DNA from: an uncultured Actinomycetes bacterium
GTDB lineage: Bacteria; Actinomycetota; Actinomycetes; S36-B12; GCA-2699445
Reading direction: 5' to 3'
DNA length: 59,939 nt
Assembly: GCA_964631645.1 (NCBI GenBank)
Contig: CAZVYU010000001.1
Location: forward strand, 5,610-65,548
Shown here: positions 27,914-36,310 of the stretch, one piece after another
How positions within the stretch are numbered: the first letter of the stretch is position 1
Layout: each line of letters begins with the position of its first letter
Position numbers and translations under genes: made by a program
Notes under the pieces: model-generated
Told to the model about the DNA's origin: nothing
The model's input: the letters and a program-made list of their open reading frames with translations, nothing else
The model's database searches: none

Positions 27914-28680
27914 GTCGCGGTTACTGCGTCGGATCGGGGTGACGCTCCGCGCAGCCCGCGCAGCGCCACGGCCATCGGGATCCCCATGCCGATGGCACCG
28001 ATCACGGCCACTGCGGGGCGGCCGAAGAACACCGCGTTCGCCAGGATGTTGGAGCAGTACACCCAGGCCAGCAGGACGACGGGAACCGACCAGAGGTCGG
28101 GTGGGCGGAGGGGTGGCCCGGCGAGAGCATCGGCGATGACCATCATGACCGTCGCCGCGATGATCCAGCCGATGAAGTTGGACAGTGGGATCCCGGGGAC
28201 CCCGGGCAGGGCGGGTTGCGGGTCGGCGAACGACCAGTGCCCTTCGGACACCATCTGGGGGTCCAGAAACAGATCCCAGCTGGCCAGCAGTCCGGCTGCC
28301 AGGGCGATCCGCCCGAGGCGGCTGCGGGTCGCCCGGGCGGCCACGACGTAGCAGGGGTAGCCCATCATCGCCCAAGCCAGTGGGATCACCGCCGGCACCG
28401 GTCCGAGTGCCGGCCCGAGTCGATCGGCATAGGAGTAGTCCCCGAACGGCACTCCGGTGGTGGTCCCCACCGCCTCGACGAGCCAGCCGAACCCGAGCGC
28501 GACGGCGAAGAAGGTGGCGGTCCAGGCGGGGGGTTGGGTCGCCAGCGAGTGGGTCAGCGAGGCGAGGAAGAACAACACGACCCCGGCGATGGTGAACCAG
28601 TCCCGGGTGGCACCGGACACCAGGACCCACAGGATCTGACTCCCGATCGTGCCGGCAGCCAGGAGTGGGGACAGCCGCAT
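27910..28680 (-). CDS. cruF: Carotenoid biosynthesis membrane protein of the CruF (carotenoid 1,2-hydratase) family
   Basis: Seven-TM-like protein with ...GVPFGDYSY... and ...DLFLDPQMV...W.W... patterns recalled from the Caroten_synth/CruF family. ATG 28680 overlaps the upstream TGA by 1 nt. Confidence 0.65.
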   Translation of the reverse strand: MRLSPLLAAGTIGSQILWVLVSGATRDWFTIAGVVLFFLASLTHSLATQPPAWTATFFAVALGFGWLVEAVGTTTGVPFGDYSYADRLGPALGPVPAVIPLAWAMMGYPCYVVAARATRSRLGRIALAAGLLASWDLFLDPQMVSEGHWSFADPQPALPGVPGIPLSNFIGWIIAATVMMVIADALAGPPLRPPDLWSVPVVLLAWVYCSNILANAVFFGRPAVAVIGAIGMGIPMAVALRGLRGASPRSDAVTAT

Positions 28681-29156
28681 CACGACTGAATCGTGGATGC
28701 TCCGCCGGAGCGGGGCAACTCCCCGACCTCGGCCGCGGTGCCCGCCGTGATGCGCAGTAGTTCGCTGTAGGTCGTGGGGAAGGAGTAGCCGTCGGCGCCG
28801 GCAGGCACCCAGATGCGGCGCCACCGGGCCAGGTTGATGCCGATGACGATGGTGACGGGGCGGGCGTGACCGACCGGGGCGATCGCGTCGGGGTCCTGTC
28901 CGGTCCACAGCGTGGCCACCGGCGGCGGGACCGGACGGACGGTCATGGCCCCCAGGACGCCGGCCAGGTCGACCGGATCGGCATGACCGTCGCAGACGAC
29001 CAGGACCGGTCGCCCGTCGGCCTCGAAGATCTCGGTGGTGACCAACGCTTCATCCGGCGCGGTCGGCGGCTCGGGAGAGGCTTGGGGGACACCCGCAGCG
29101 CCCAGTCCGGCCAGTTCGGCACCGACCCGGGTGACGGGTCCGGGGAGGTCGGCCAT
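28680..29156 (-). CDS. YbaK/EbsC-like (aminoacyl-tRNA trans-editing fold) protein, catalytic Lys not evident
   Basis: 158 aa. The layout ...GRPVLVVCDGHADPVDLAGVLG...TGQDPDAIAPVGH...VTIVIGINL...YSELLRIT... resembles YbaK domains. This is a weak, by-eye call. Confidence 0.45.
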   Translation of the reverse strand: MADLPGPVTRVGAELAGLGAAGVPQASPEPPTAPDEALVTTEIFEADGRPVLVVCDGHADPVDLAGVLGAMTVRPVPPPVATLWTGQDPDAIAPVGHARPVTIVIGINLARWRRIWVPAGADGYSFPTTYSELLRITAGTAAEVGELPRSGGASTIQS

Positions 29157-29204
29157 GCCCGCAGCGTAGTCGTGCGACGTCCGTGCGAACGGGCTGTTGA
29201 CGGC

Positions 29205-29226
29205 TGTCGGATCGGAGTCGTAACGT
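29205..29226 (+). promoter_or_regulatory. RecA-NDp-like (PafBC-type) DNA-damage promoter motif
   Basis: TGTCGgat-N8(cggagtcg)-TAacgT matches the mycobacterial consensus tTGTCRgtg-N8-TAnnnT. It lies 52 nt upstream of GTG 29278. Confidence 0.45.
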
Positions 29227-29234
29227 GCTTGTTA

Positions 29235-29250
29235 TCGAACAGATGTTCTA
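29235..29250. promoter_or_regulatory. LexA (SOS) box
   Basis: TCGAAC-AGAT-GTTCTA matches 11 of 12 positions of the actinobacterial consensus TCGAAC-N4-GTTCGA. It sits just downstream of the putative -10, in an unusually AT-rich patch. Confidence 0.7.
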
Positions 29251-29277
29251 AAATTTCCAGGGAAGGTCCGGGAATCC

Positions 29278-29583
29278 GTGAGTCGACTGTACGCCCAACC
29301 CGTCCACGTGCGGATGGATGCCGAGGGTGTGCCGGAGACGATCCGGTGGCGCGGCCGGACCTATCAGGTGGACGAATTGTTGGGGCGATGGATCGAGGCC
29401 GGTGCCTGGTGGCCCGCGGCCCGGGCGGCGGTGTTCACTGCCGGGACCCCGGACCAGAACACCCGGCCCCAGGCCACCGAAGCCGTGGTGTGGCGGGTCG
29501 AGGCCAGACGTGGTGACACCACCGCGGTGCTCGATCTGTGGCAGCGAGCCGACGGATGGCGGGTCCATGCGATCGCCGACTGA
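29278..29583 (+). CDS. Small Trp/Arg-rich protein, DUF6504-like
   Basis: 101 aa: ...IRWRGRTYQVDELLGRWIEAGAWW...VWRVEARRGD...LDLWQRADGWRVHAIAD. GTG start preceded by GGGAAGG. The family name is from memory only. Confidence 0.55.
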   Translation: MSRLYAQPVHVRMDAEGVPETIRWRGRTYQVDELLGRWIEAGAWWPAARAAVFTAGTPDQNTRPQATEAVVWRVEARRGDTTAVLDLWQRADGWRVHAIAD

Positions 29584-29652
29584 GCCCGGACTGACAACAG
29601 ACCTCGGCCACCGGGTCGACCCGATCGGCGTGACGCCACAGAGAGGAACCCC

Positions 29653-30054
29653 ATGAAGGCACATCAGACCCCGATTCCGGTGGCCAGCGTCGAATTACTG
29701 GCCTCCGCCGTGGTGGAGATCGAGCAGGCGGTGAGTCGGCCCGGGGCCGGCGACCGCTATGTGAGTGGGCATCTCGGGGCGCGACGGGCGGCGGCGGCGG
29801 TACTCGCGGCCCGAGCGCGACCGGACGGGGCCGGAACTCCTCGGGATGTGTGGACGGTCCTGCCGGCGGTGGCCCCGGAACTGACGGAATGGGCCCGGTT
29901 CTTCGCCGCCGGGACCGGTCGACGGATAGCCGTCGAAGCGGGACTGACCCATGCCGTCACCGTCCGGGAAGCCGACGATCTGGTCCGTGACGCCCACAAT
30001 TTCCTCACTGTCGTCGCCGGGCTGCTCATCGGCCACGGCCGGCGAGTGGGGTGA
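29653..30054 (+). CDS. HEPN-fold protein of the SAV_6107-like family (no Rx4-6H motif seen)
   Basis: 133-aa all-helical pattern: ...RYVSGHLGARRAAAAVLAARARP...VWTVLPAVAPELTEWARFFAAGTGRRIAVEAGL...VTVREADDLVRDAHNFL.... AGAGAGGAA is the RBS. Confidence 0.55.
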   Translation: MKAHQTPIPVASVELLASAVVEIEQAVSRPGAGDRYVSGHLGARRAAAAVLAARARPDGAGTPRDVWTVLPAVAPELTEWARFFAAGTGRRIAVEAGLTHAVTVREADDLVRDAHNFLTVVAGLLIGHGRRVG

Positions 30055-30060
30055 GGCGCC

Positions 30061-33000
30061 GTGGCCGGCGGTTTCGCCCATCTGCACGTGGCGTCGGGGT
30101 ATTCGTTGCGCTACGGCGCCTCGACGCCGGCGGATCTGGTGCGCCGGGCGGCGGAACTGGGGCAGACGACGCTGGCGCTGACCGACCGCGACGGACTGTA
30201 CGGCGCGGTGCGGTTCGCCCTCGCCTGCCGGGCCGAAGGAGTCGGGGCCGTCCTGGGGGTGGATCTGGCGGTCCGCCCGATCGTGCCGGAAGGGCCGACC
30301 GGCACGACAGGAACTGCCCAGACCTCATCGCGCCGCAGCCCCGCCCGAGGTGGCGTCGTGCGTCGGAGCGATCATCTGCCCCGGGTCGTGCTGTTGGCCC
30401 GGGGACGACGGGGATGGGCGTCGTTGTGCCGCCTGGTGTCGGCGGCACATCTCGGCGGGGAGCGAGGTGCCCCGGTCACCGACCTGGATCAGGTGGCCGC
30501 TCACCACGATGGGCTGGTGGTCTTGTTGGGTCCCGAGTCGGAGTGTGGCCGGGCGTTGGCCGCCCGCCGCCCCGACGTCGCGCGCCAGGTGCTGCGCCGG
30601 TGGCAGGAGGTCCTGGGCGGTGATGTCCGGATCGAGGTGGTGTGCCAGTGGGCGGCCCCGGCCGACCGGGTCCCGGACCGGCCCGAGATCAGCGGGTTGT
30701 CGTTGCCGGTCGCGGCCCGGATGTACCAGTTCGCCCGGGACACCGGCGTCGAACCGGTGCTCACCAACGCCGTGCGGCATGCCGAGCGGGGTCAGGCTCG
30801 GGTGGTCGATGTGCTCGATGCGATCCGACGGCTCGTGCCGATCGACGGTCGGCACCTGGACCGCGGCAACGGCGAGGGATATCTGAAGTCGCAGGACCAG
30901 ATGACGGCGGTCGCCGACCAGATCCTCACCGCTGCCGGGTCTCCCGACGGTCGCCGGGACGCCATCGCCTGGGTCGCACACACCGGCCGGTTCGCGCGCT
31001 CCTGTGTGCTGGACCCCGAGTCGGACCTGGGCATCGGATCGATCCACGTCCCGGAGTTGTCGGTCCTGAGACCGCAGGCCGCCCCCGGCGGAGCCGACGG
31101 ACTGCTGCGACAACGCTGCGAATCGGCCCTCGCCCATCGACCGGGACCGGTCGGCCCGGCGCGACGGCGGCTGGACGAAGAACTGGCCACCATCACGACG
31201 CTGGGTTTTGCCGGCTACTTCCTTACCGTCGCCGAGGTGGTGGATCTGATCCGCGACGCCGGGGTCCGGGTGGCGGCCCGCGGGTCGGGGGCGGGCAGCC
31301 TGGTCAACCACCTGCTGGGGATCTCCGGGGTGGATCCCCTGGCTCACGGACTGATCATGGAACGGTTCCTGTCCCCACTGCGCCGAGCGCTGCCGGACAT
31401 CGACATCGACGTCGAGTCGGACCGGCGCACCGAGATCTACGAGCGCATCCTGCAGCGGTTCGGCGGCGACCGGTGCGCCTGTGTGTCGATGATGGACACC
31501 TACCGGGTCCGCCATGCGGTGCGCGACGTGGGGGCAGCACTGGCCTTCCCGCCCGGGGACATCGATACGTTCGCCAAGGCGTTCCCCCATATCGCGGCCC
31601 GCGACGCGCGGGCCGCCGTGCAGGACCTGCCCGAGGTCCGGCAGTCCACCCTCGGCCGGCTGGCCGTCGACGGGAAACTCGACACGTTCCTGGATCTGGT
31701 GCAGTCCCTCGACGGACTGCCCCGACATGTGGCCCTGCACCCGTGTGGGGTGCTGCTCTCCGATGCCGCACTGCTGGACCGGACCCCGGTCGAGGCGTCG
31801 TGGCTGGGGTTCCCCATGAGCCAGTTCGACAAGGACGACGTCGAAGAACTCGGTTTCCTCAAGCTCGACGTCCTGGGGATCCGGATGCAGTCGGCGATGG
31901 CGCACGCCGTGGCCGAGATCGGCCGTACCGAAGAGGTGCAGGTCGACATCGACACGGTGCCCCGAGACGATCCGGCCACGTTCGACCTGATCCGCAGTTC
32001 CCGGACCCTGGGGTGTTTCCAGATCGAGTCGCCCGGCCAGCGGGAACTCATCGGAAAGTTCGCTCCCGAGACCTTCGACGACCTCATCATCGACATCTCC
32101 CTGTTCCGGCCGGGTCCGGTCAAGAGCGACATGATCACCCCGTTCCTGCGGGCCCGGCATGGCTGGGACACCGCCGAGTACCTGCACGACGATCTGCGTC
32201 CGGTCCTCGCCGAGACCGCCGGAGTGGTGGTGTTCCACGAACAGGTCATCCGGATCATCGCGGTGATCACCGGCTGCTCCCTGGCCGAGGCCGACGAGAT
32301 GCGCCGCACCCTGGGCAGCCCCGACGGTCAACGCCAGGTCCGGGCGTGGTTGTATCCGGCGGCGCTGGCCCGCGGCTACGACCTCGGCACGGTGGAACAG
32401 GTGTGGGACGTCCTGCGGGCCTTCGCCTCGTTCGGGTTCTGCAAGGCGCACGCGGCGGCGTTCGCGTTGCCGACCTATCAGTCGGCCTGGCTCAAGGCGC
32501 ACCATCCGGCTGCCTTCGTGGCGGGGGTGCTCACCCACGATCCCGGGATGTATCCCAAACGGTTGATCCTCGATGACGCGCGCCAGCACGGGGTGGCGGT
32601 CCTGGGGCTGGACGTCAACCGATCCGATCGGCAGTACCGGGTGGAACGAGCCGGATCCCGATGGGGGATCCGGCTGCCGGTCAGCGAGGTCAAGGGCATC
32701 TCGGCGGCGGAAGAGGTAGGAATCGTCGCTGCCCGTCCGTACACGTCGTTGGGCGACTTCTGGCAGCGCGCGGGAGTGGCGCGGCCCACCGCGGAGAACC
32801 TGATCCTGGCCGGGGCCTTCGACGAGTTGCACGGCGTGGGGGGAAGGCCGCGGGTGCACCGGGTGACCCGGCGCGACCTGTTGCTGCATCTGACCGACCT
32901 GGAACGGCACAGTCGTTCACTACAACGAGGCCGGGGGGTCCGGGCCGCCGCCCGCGCCGAGCGGATCGATCGCGCCCTGGCCGATCCCCGCGATCCGGCG

Positions 33001-33804
33001 CAGGCGGCCCGGCGCCAGTCGCAGGCTCCGGCGGCGGTGTGTGCCCCGGAGGACCTGACGGCCCAACTCACGCTCGAGTTGTCCGACGCCCCGACCCTGG
33101 TTCCCAGCGGACTGCCCGAGATGAGTCCCGCGGAGCAGGTCCGCGCCGAGGTCGAGATCCTGGGACTGGACGTCAGCGCCCATATCGTGTCGTTCCACGG
33201 CGACATGCTGAACCAACTCGGGATCGTCCGCTCACAGGATCTGCTGGGGTGCCGCTCCCGCGCCGAGGTGCTGGTCGCCGGGGTCAAGGTCGCCACCCAG
33301 ACCCCGCCGGTGCGCAGTGGGCGCCGGGTGGTGTTCCTGACCCTCGACGACGGCACCGGCCCGGTCGATGTCACGTTCTTCGAGGACGTCCAAGGGGCCT
33401 ACGCCACCACGGTGTTCCACTCGTGGTTGCTGTTGGTGCGCGGCCACATCCGACGCACCGGACCGCGGGGGTTGTCCCTGCGCGCCACCGGGTGCTGGGA
33501 CCTCGGTGAGATCCGGCAGAAGTGGCAAACCGGCGGATCGGCGGCGATCCACCGGTTGCTGGCCGAGGCACCGGTTCCGGACCCCGGCGCCGGGGTCGGT
33601 TCTTCCCCCGCGCCCCACTCGGGTGCAGCCGGCGGGATGCGGCAGCGCCGGGTGCTGGTGCACGCCAGTGGCTTCAAGGTGTCGCCCTACGCCGATGTAA
33701 AACCCGCCGGTGCCGCGGGTCCACCCACCCGGCAATCCGACGATCCGACCCCCGATGCGCCGGCCAAGTTGTGGCACTCCTCACCGGGGAGCCCCGGATG
33801 GTGA
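30061..33804 (+). CDS. dnaE2: DNA polymerase III alpha-subunit family protein, DnaE2-like (error-prone type)
   Basis: The N-terminus GASTPADLVRRAAELG...LALTDRDGLYGAVRFA resembles DnaE2, not DnaE1. Polymerase core, HhH and OB-fold (VLVAGVKVATQTPPVRSGRRVVFLTLDDGTGPVDVTFFEDV) are present. An SOS box lies upstream. 1247 aa, including a ~100-aa low-complexity C-terminal extension. Confidence 0.75.
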   Translation: MAGGFAHLHVASGYSLRYGASTPADLVRRAAELGQTTLALTDRDGLYGAVRFALACRAEGVGAVLGVDLAVRPIVPEGPTGTTGTAQTSSRRSPARGGVVRRSDHLPRVVLLARGRRGWASLCRLVSAAHLGGERGAPVTDLDQVAAHHDGLVVLLGPESECGRALAARRPDVARQVLRRWQEVLGGDVRIEVVCQWAAPADRVPDRPEISGLSLPVAARMYQFARDTGVEPVLTNAVRHAERGQARVVDVLDAIRRLVPIDGRHLDRGNGEGYLKSQDQMTAVADQILTAAGSPDGRRDAIAWVAHTGRFARSCVLDPESDLGIGSIHVPELSVLRPQAAPGGADGLLRQRCESALAHRPGPVGPARRRLDEELATITTLGFAGYFLTVAEVVDLIRDAGVRVAARGSGAGSLVNHLLGISGVDPLAHGLIMERFLSPLRRALPDIDIDVESDRRTEIYERILQRFGGDRCACVSMMDTYRVRHAVRDVGAALAFPPGDIDTFAKAFPHIAARDARAAVQDLPEVRQSTLGRLAVDGKLDTFLDLVQSLDGLPRHVALHPCGVLLSDAALLDRTPVEASWLGFPMSQFDKDDVEELGFLKLDVLGIRMQSAMAHAVAEIGRTEEVQVDIDTVPRDDPATFDLIRSSRTLGCFQIESPGQRELIGKFAPETFDDLIIDISLFRPGPVKSDMITPFLRARHGWDTAEYLHDDLRPVLAETAGVVVFHEQVIRIIAVITGCSLAEADEMRRTLGSPDGQRQVRAWLYPAALARGYDLGTVEQVWDVLRAFASFGFCKAHAAAFALPTYQSAWLKAHHPAAFVAGVLTHDPGMYPKRLILDDARQHGVAVLGLDVNRSDRQYRVERAGSRWGIRLPVSEVKGISAAEEVGIVAARPYTSLGDFWQRAGVARPTAENLILAGAFDELHGVGGRPRVHRVTRRDLLLHLTDLERHSRSLQRGRGVRAAARAERIDRALADPRDPAQAARRQSQAPAAVCAPEDLTAQLTLELSDAPTLVPSGLPEMSPAEQVRAEVEILGLDVSAHIVSFHGDMLNQLGIVRSQDLLGCRSRAEVLVAGVKVATQTPPVRSGRRVVFLTLDDGTGPVDVTFFEDVQGAYATTVFHSWLLLVRGHIRRTGPRGLSLRATGCWDLGEIRQKWQTGGSAAIHRLLAEAPVPDPGAGVGSSPAPHSGAAGGMRQRRVLVHASGFKVSPYADVKPAGAAGPPTRQSDDPTPDAPAKLWHSSPGSPGW

Positions 33805-33823
33805 CATACGGTGCGAGGCAACC

Positions 33824-35053
33824 ATGAGCAGGAGCCAGATCGACCGCCCCAGCGCGGTTCAGCCGATCGGGGCCGACGATCACGACTGCCCGATCCTGCA
33901 TGTCGACATGGATGCGTTCTATGCCTCGGTGTCCCTCATCGACCGGCCCGAACTGGTCGGGAAACCGGTCATCATCGGCGGGTCGGCCCACCGGGGGGTG
34001 GTCCTGTCCGCCACGTACGAGGCCCGGGCTCTCGGGGTCCACTCCGCGATGCCGATGGGCCGGGCCCGGCGCATCGCCCCGGGGGCAGTTGTGATCGAGC
34101 CGGACTTCCGCCGCTACACCGAGGCCAGCGCGGGCGTTATGTCCCTGTTCCGGTCGTTGACCCCGATGGTGGAGCCCCTCAGCCTGGACGAGGCGTTCCT
34201 GGATGTGTCCGGGGCACGTCGACGGCTGGGCTCTCCTCGTCAGATCGGCCAGGTGATCCGCGACCGCGTACACGACGAACAGGGCATCACCTGTTCGGTG
34301 GGAATCGCTGCGAGCAAGTTCGTGGCCAAACTTGCCTCGACGCTCAGCAAACCGGACGGACTGTTGGTGGTCCCCCCGGATCGGGTGGTGGAGTTCCTGC
34401 ACCCGTTGCCGGTCAGTTCCCTGTGGGGCGTAGGCGACAAGACGGCCGAGACCCTGCACCGACTCGGTCTACGCACCGTCGCCGATGTCGCCGCTACCCC
34501 CGCCGACACCCTGTGCCGGTTGCTGGGACCGTCGGCCGGTCAGCACCTGGCCGACCTCGCCTGGGGTCGGGATCCCCGCCCCGTGGTGGCGCACGAACCC
34601 GATCGCAGCATCGGGGCCGAGGAGACCTTCGGGACCGATGTGGACGATCCGGCCGTCGTCACCCGGGAACTGCTGCGGCTGAGTGAGAAGGTCGCGGCGC
34701 GGCTTCGTTCCCGGGGGTATGTGGGCCGCACCATCTCGCTGAAGATCCGGTTCGCCGACTTCACGACCATCACCCGGTCGCGCACTGTGTCCGATGCCAC
34801 CGATGTGGCCAAAGAGATCTACACCGAGGCGGCCCGGTTGTTCCACGCCCTGGGACTGCAACGGGCCCGGATCCGGCTGGTGGGGGTCCGGGTGACCGGT
34901 CTGATCGACGAGGCGACCGCTCCCCGGCAACTCCTGCTCGATGACACCGCAGCCGACTGGCGCGGCACCGAACAGGCAGTCGACCGCATCACCCAGCGGT
35001 TCGGCTCGGGGATGGTGCGTCCGGCCCGACTGCTCGAGCCGCCCGGCTCCTGA
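33824..35053 (+). CDS. dinB: DNA polymerase IV (Y-family, catalytically intact)
   Basis: ILHVDMDAFYASVS and SLDEAFLDVSG catalytic acidic motifs. GAGG RBS. The gene starts 19 nt after the dnaE2-like stop. Confidence 0.9.
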   Translation: MSRSQIDRPSAVQPIGADDHDCPILHVDMDAFYASVSLIDRPELVGKPVIIGGSAHRGVVLSATYEARALGVHSAMPMGRARRIAPGAVVIEPDFRRYTEASAGVMSLFRSLTPMVEPLSLDEAFLDVSGARRRLGSPRQIGQVIRDRVHDEQGITCSVGIAASKFVAKLASTLSKPDGLLVVPPDRVVEFLHPLPVSSLWGVGDKTAETLHRLGLRTVADVAATPADTLCRLLGPSAGQHLADLAWGRDPRPVVAHEPDRSIGAEETFGTDVDDPAVVTRELLRLSEKVAARLRSRGYVGRTISLKIRFADFTTITRSRTVSDATDVAKEIYTEAARLFHALGLQRARIRLVGVRVTGLIDEATAPRQLLLDDTAADWRGTEQAVDRITQRFGSGMVRPARLLEPPGS

Positions 35054-35705
35054 TCACCACCGCCAGTCCCACCGCCGACACCGCCAGGACCCACCCGAAC
35101 CCGAACAGCCATCCGCCGACCACATCTGCCGGCCAATGGACTCCCAGCACGAGCCGGCTCGGCGCCATGGCCACTCCCCACAGCATCAGTGCCACGGCGA
35201 CCACCCGGGCCCAGCTCCGGGGGACCAGGAACAGCACAATCACGCCGTACACCACCCAATTGGTGATCCCCGCCAGCGAATGACCGGACGGGTAGGAGAA
35301 CCCAGAGGCCAACGAATAGGGATCCGGCCACACGGGACGCTCTCGGGCGATCAACGTCTTGACCGACTCCGAGATGAGGGCGCCCCCGAGGGCGGTGGCT
35401 GCCAGGTAGGCCGCCCAGCCCCACCGCCGGGTCACCAGGAGCAGCACGACCACCGAGGTGGACACGATGGTCACGAAGACCGGACCACCGGTGATCCGCA
35501 GGATCCGGGACAGGTCCAACAGCAGCGGATGGCCTCGTACCGCGTCATGGATCGCCGTGTCGATCACCAGGTCGGTGGGGTCCGTGACCCCGGCCGCCAC
35601 GGCGACCGTCAAGGCCACTGCGCCGAGGAGGCATACCGATGACAACAGCAGACAGATCCACGCGCCCCGGACTCCCGGGAGGCTGCGGGCATCTGCGACC
35701 GACAT
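34989..35705 (-). CDS. PAP2-family phosphatase (phosphatidic acid / undecaprenyl-diphosphate phosphatase-like)
   Basis: KTLIARERP, YPSGH and SRLVLGVHWPAD (KX6RP / PSGH / SRX5HX3D) motifs, plus several TM segments. Its 3' end overlaps the dinB 3' end by 65 nt. Confidence 0.8.
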   Translation of the reverse strand: MSVADARSLPGVRGAWICLLLSSVCLLGAVALTVAVAAGVTDPTDLVIDTAIHDAVRGHPLLLDLSRILRITGGPVFVTIVSTSVVVLLLVTRRWGWAAYLAATALGGALISESVKTLIARERPVWPDPYSLASGFSYPSGHSLAGITNWVVYGVIVLFLVPRSWARVVAVALMLWGVAMAPSRLVLGVHWPADVVGGWLFGFGWVLAVSAVGLAVVIRSRAARAVGPDAPSPSRTAG

Positions 35706-35777
35706 CAGGACCTCTCAGACAGTTGGGGCGAACCGGGCTTCCATGCTGCTGGGAGCCGGCCTGCTGGGTAACGTCGG

Positions 35778-35800
35778 GGTGCCACCAGTACGGTGGCACC
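35778..35800. other. Perfect 9-bp inverted repeat GGTGCCACC-agtac-GGTGGCACC in a divergent promoter region
   Basis: Read directly from the sequence. No U/T tract follows it on either strand, so it is not a typical intrinsic terminator. Confidence 0.5.
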
Positions 35801-35899
35801 GCCAAGAACAGTCGACAATCGAATATCCGGACGATTCCCGACTTTCCACGTCCGGCGGCCGCGCCTATTGTGGAATCCTAGGACGAAGGAGGTGTCAGC

Positions 35900-36301
35900 G
35901 TGCCCCTGTCAGACCACGAGCAGAGACTGCTCGAGCAGATGGAACGGGCTCTGTACGCAGAGGATCCCAAGTTCGCCGACTCCCTGCGCAAGAATCGTCG
36001 TCCTTCCGTGAACCGCAAGACCCTGGTCCTCGGTATCGCGGGTGCGTTGGCCGGGTTGGCCGTGCTGGTGGCCGGAGTGGCGACATCGGTCCCGTTGGTC
36101 GGACTCCTGGGTTTCCTGGGGACGGTCGCCGGGGCGTTCGTGGCCTACCGGGCCTACACCACTGCCACGCCGGCGGACGAAGCCGCGACCGCAGCTCCGG
36201 CCGGCCCGGCTCCCCGGGGGGCCAGCACCGGTGACAGCGGTTTTATGGACAAACTCGAGGATCGCTGGCGCAAACGCCGCGACGAGCGCGACCAGTTCTG
36301 A
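35900..36301 (+). CDS. DUF3040-domain membrane protein
   Basis: The N-terminus PLSDHEQRLLEQMERALYAEDPKFA is the characteristic DUF3040 opening, followed by two TM helices. GAAGGAGG RBS before GTG 35900. Confidence 0.75.
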   Translation: MPLSDHEQRLLEQMERALYAEDPKFADSLRKNRRPSVNRKTLVLGIAGALAGLAVLVAGVATSVPLVGLLGFLGTVAGAFVAYRAYTTATPADEAATAAPAGPAPRGASTGDSGFMDKLEDRWRKRRDERDQF

Positions 36302-36310
36302 CGCACCGGT

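Noticed and set aside
34989-35053. The 65-nt convergent overlap of the dinB and PAP2 3' ends as a regulatory antisense feature.
   Set aside because: Convergent overlaps of this size are common in GC-rich genomes where stop codons are rare. Nothing else in the sequence supports a specific function.
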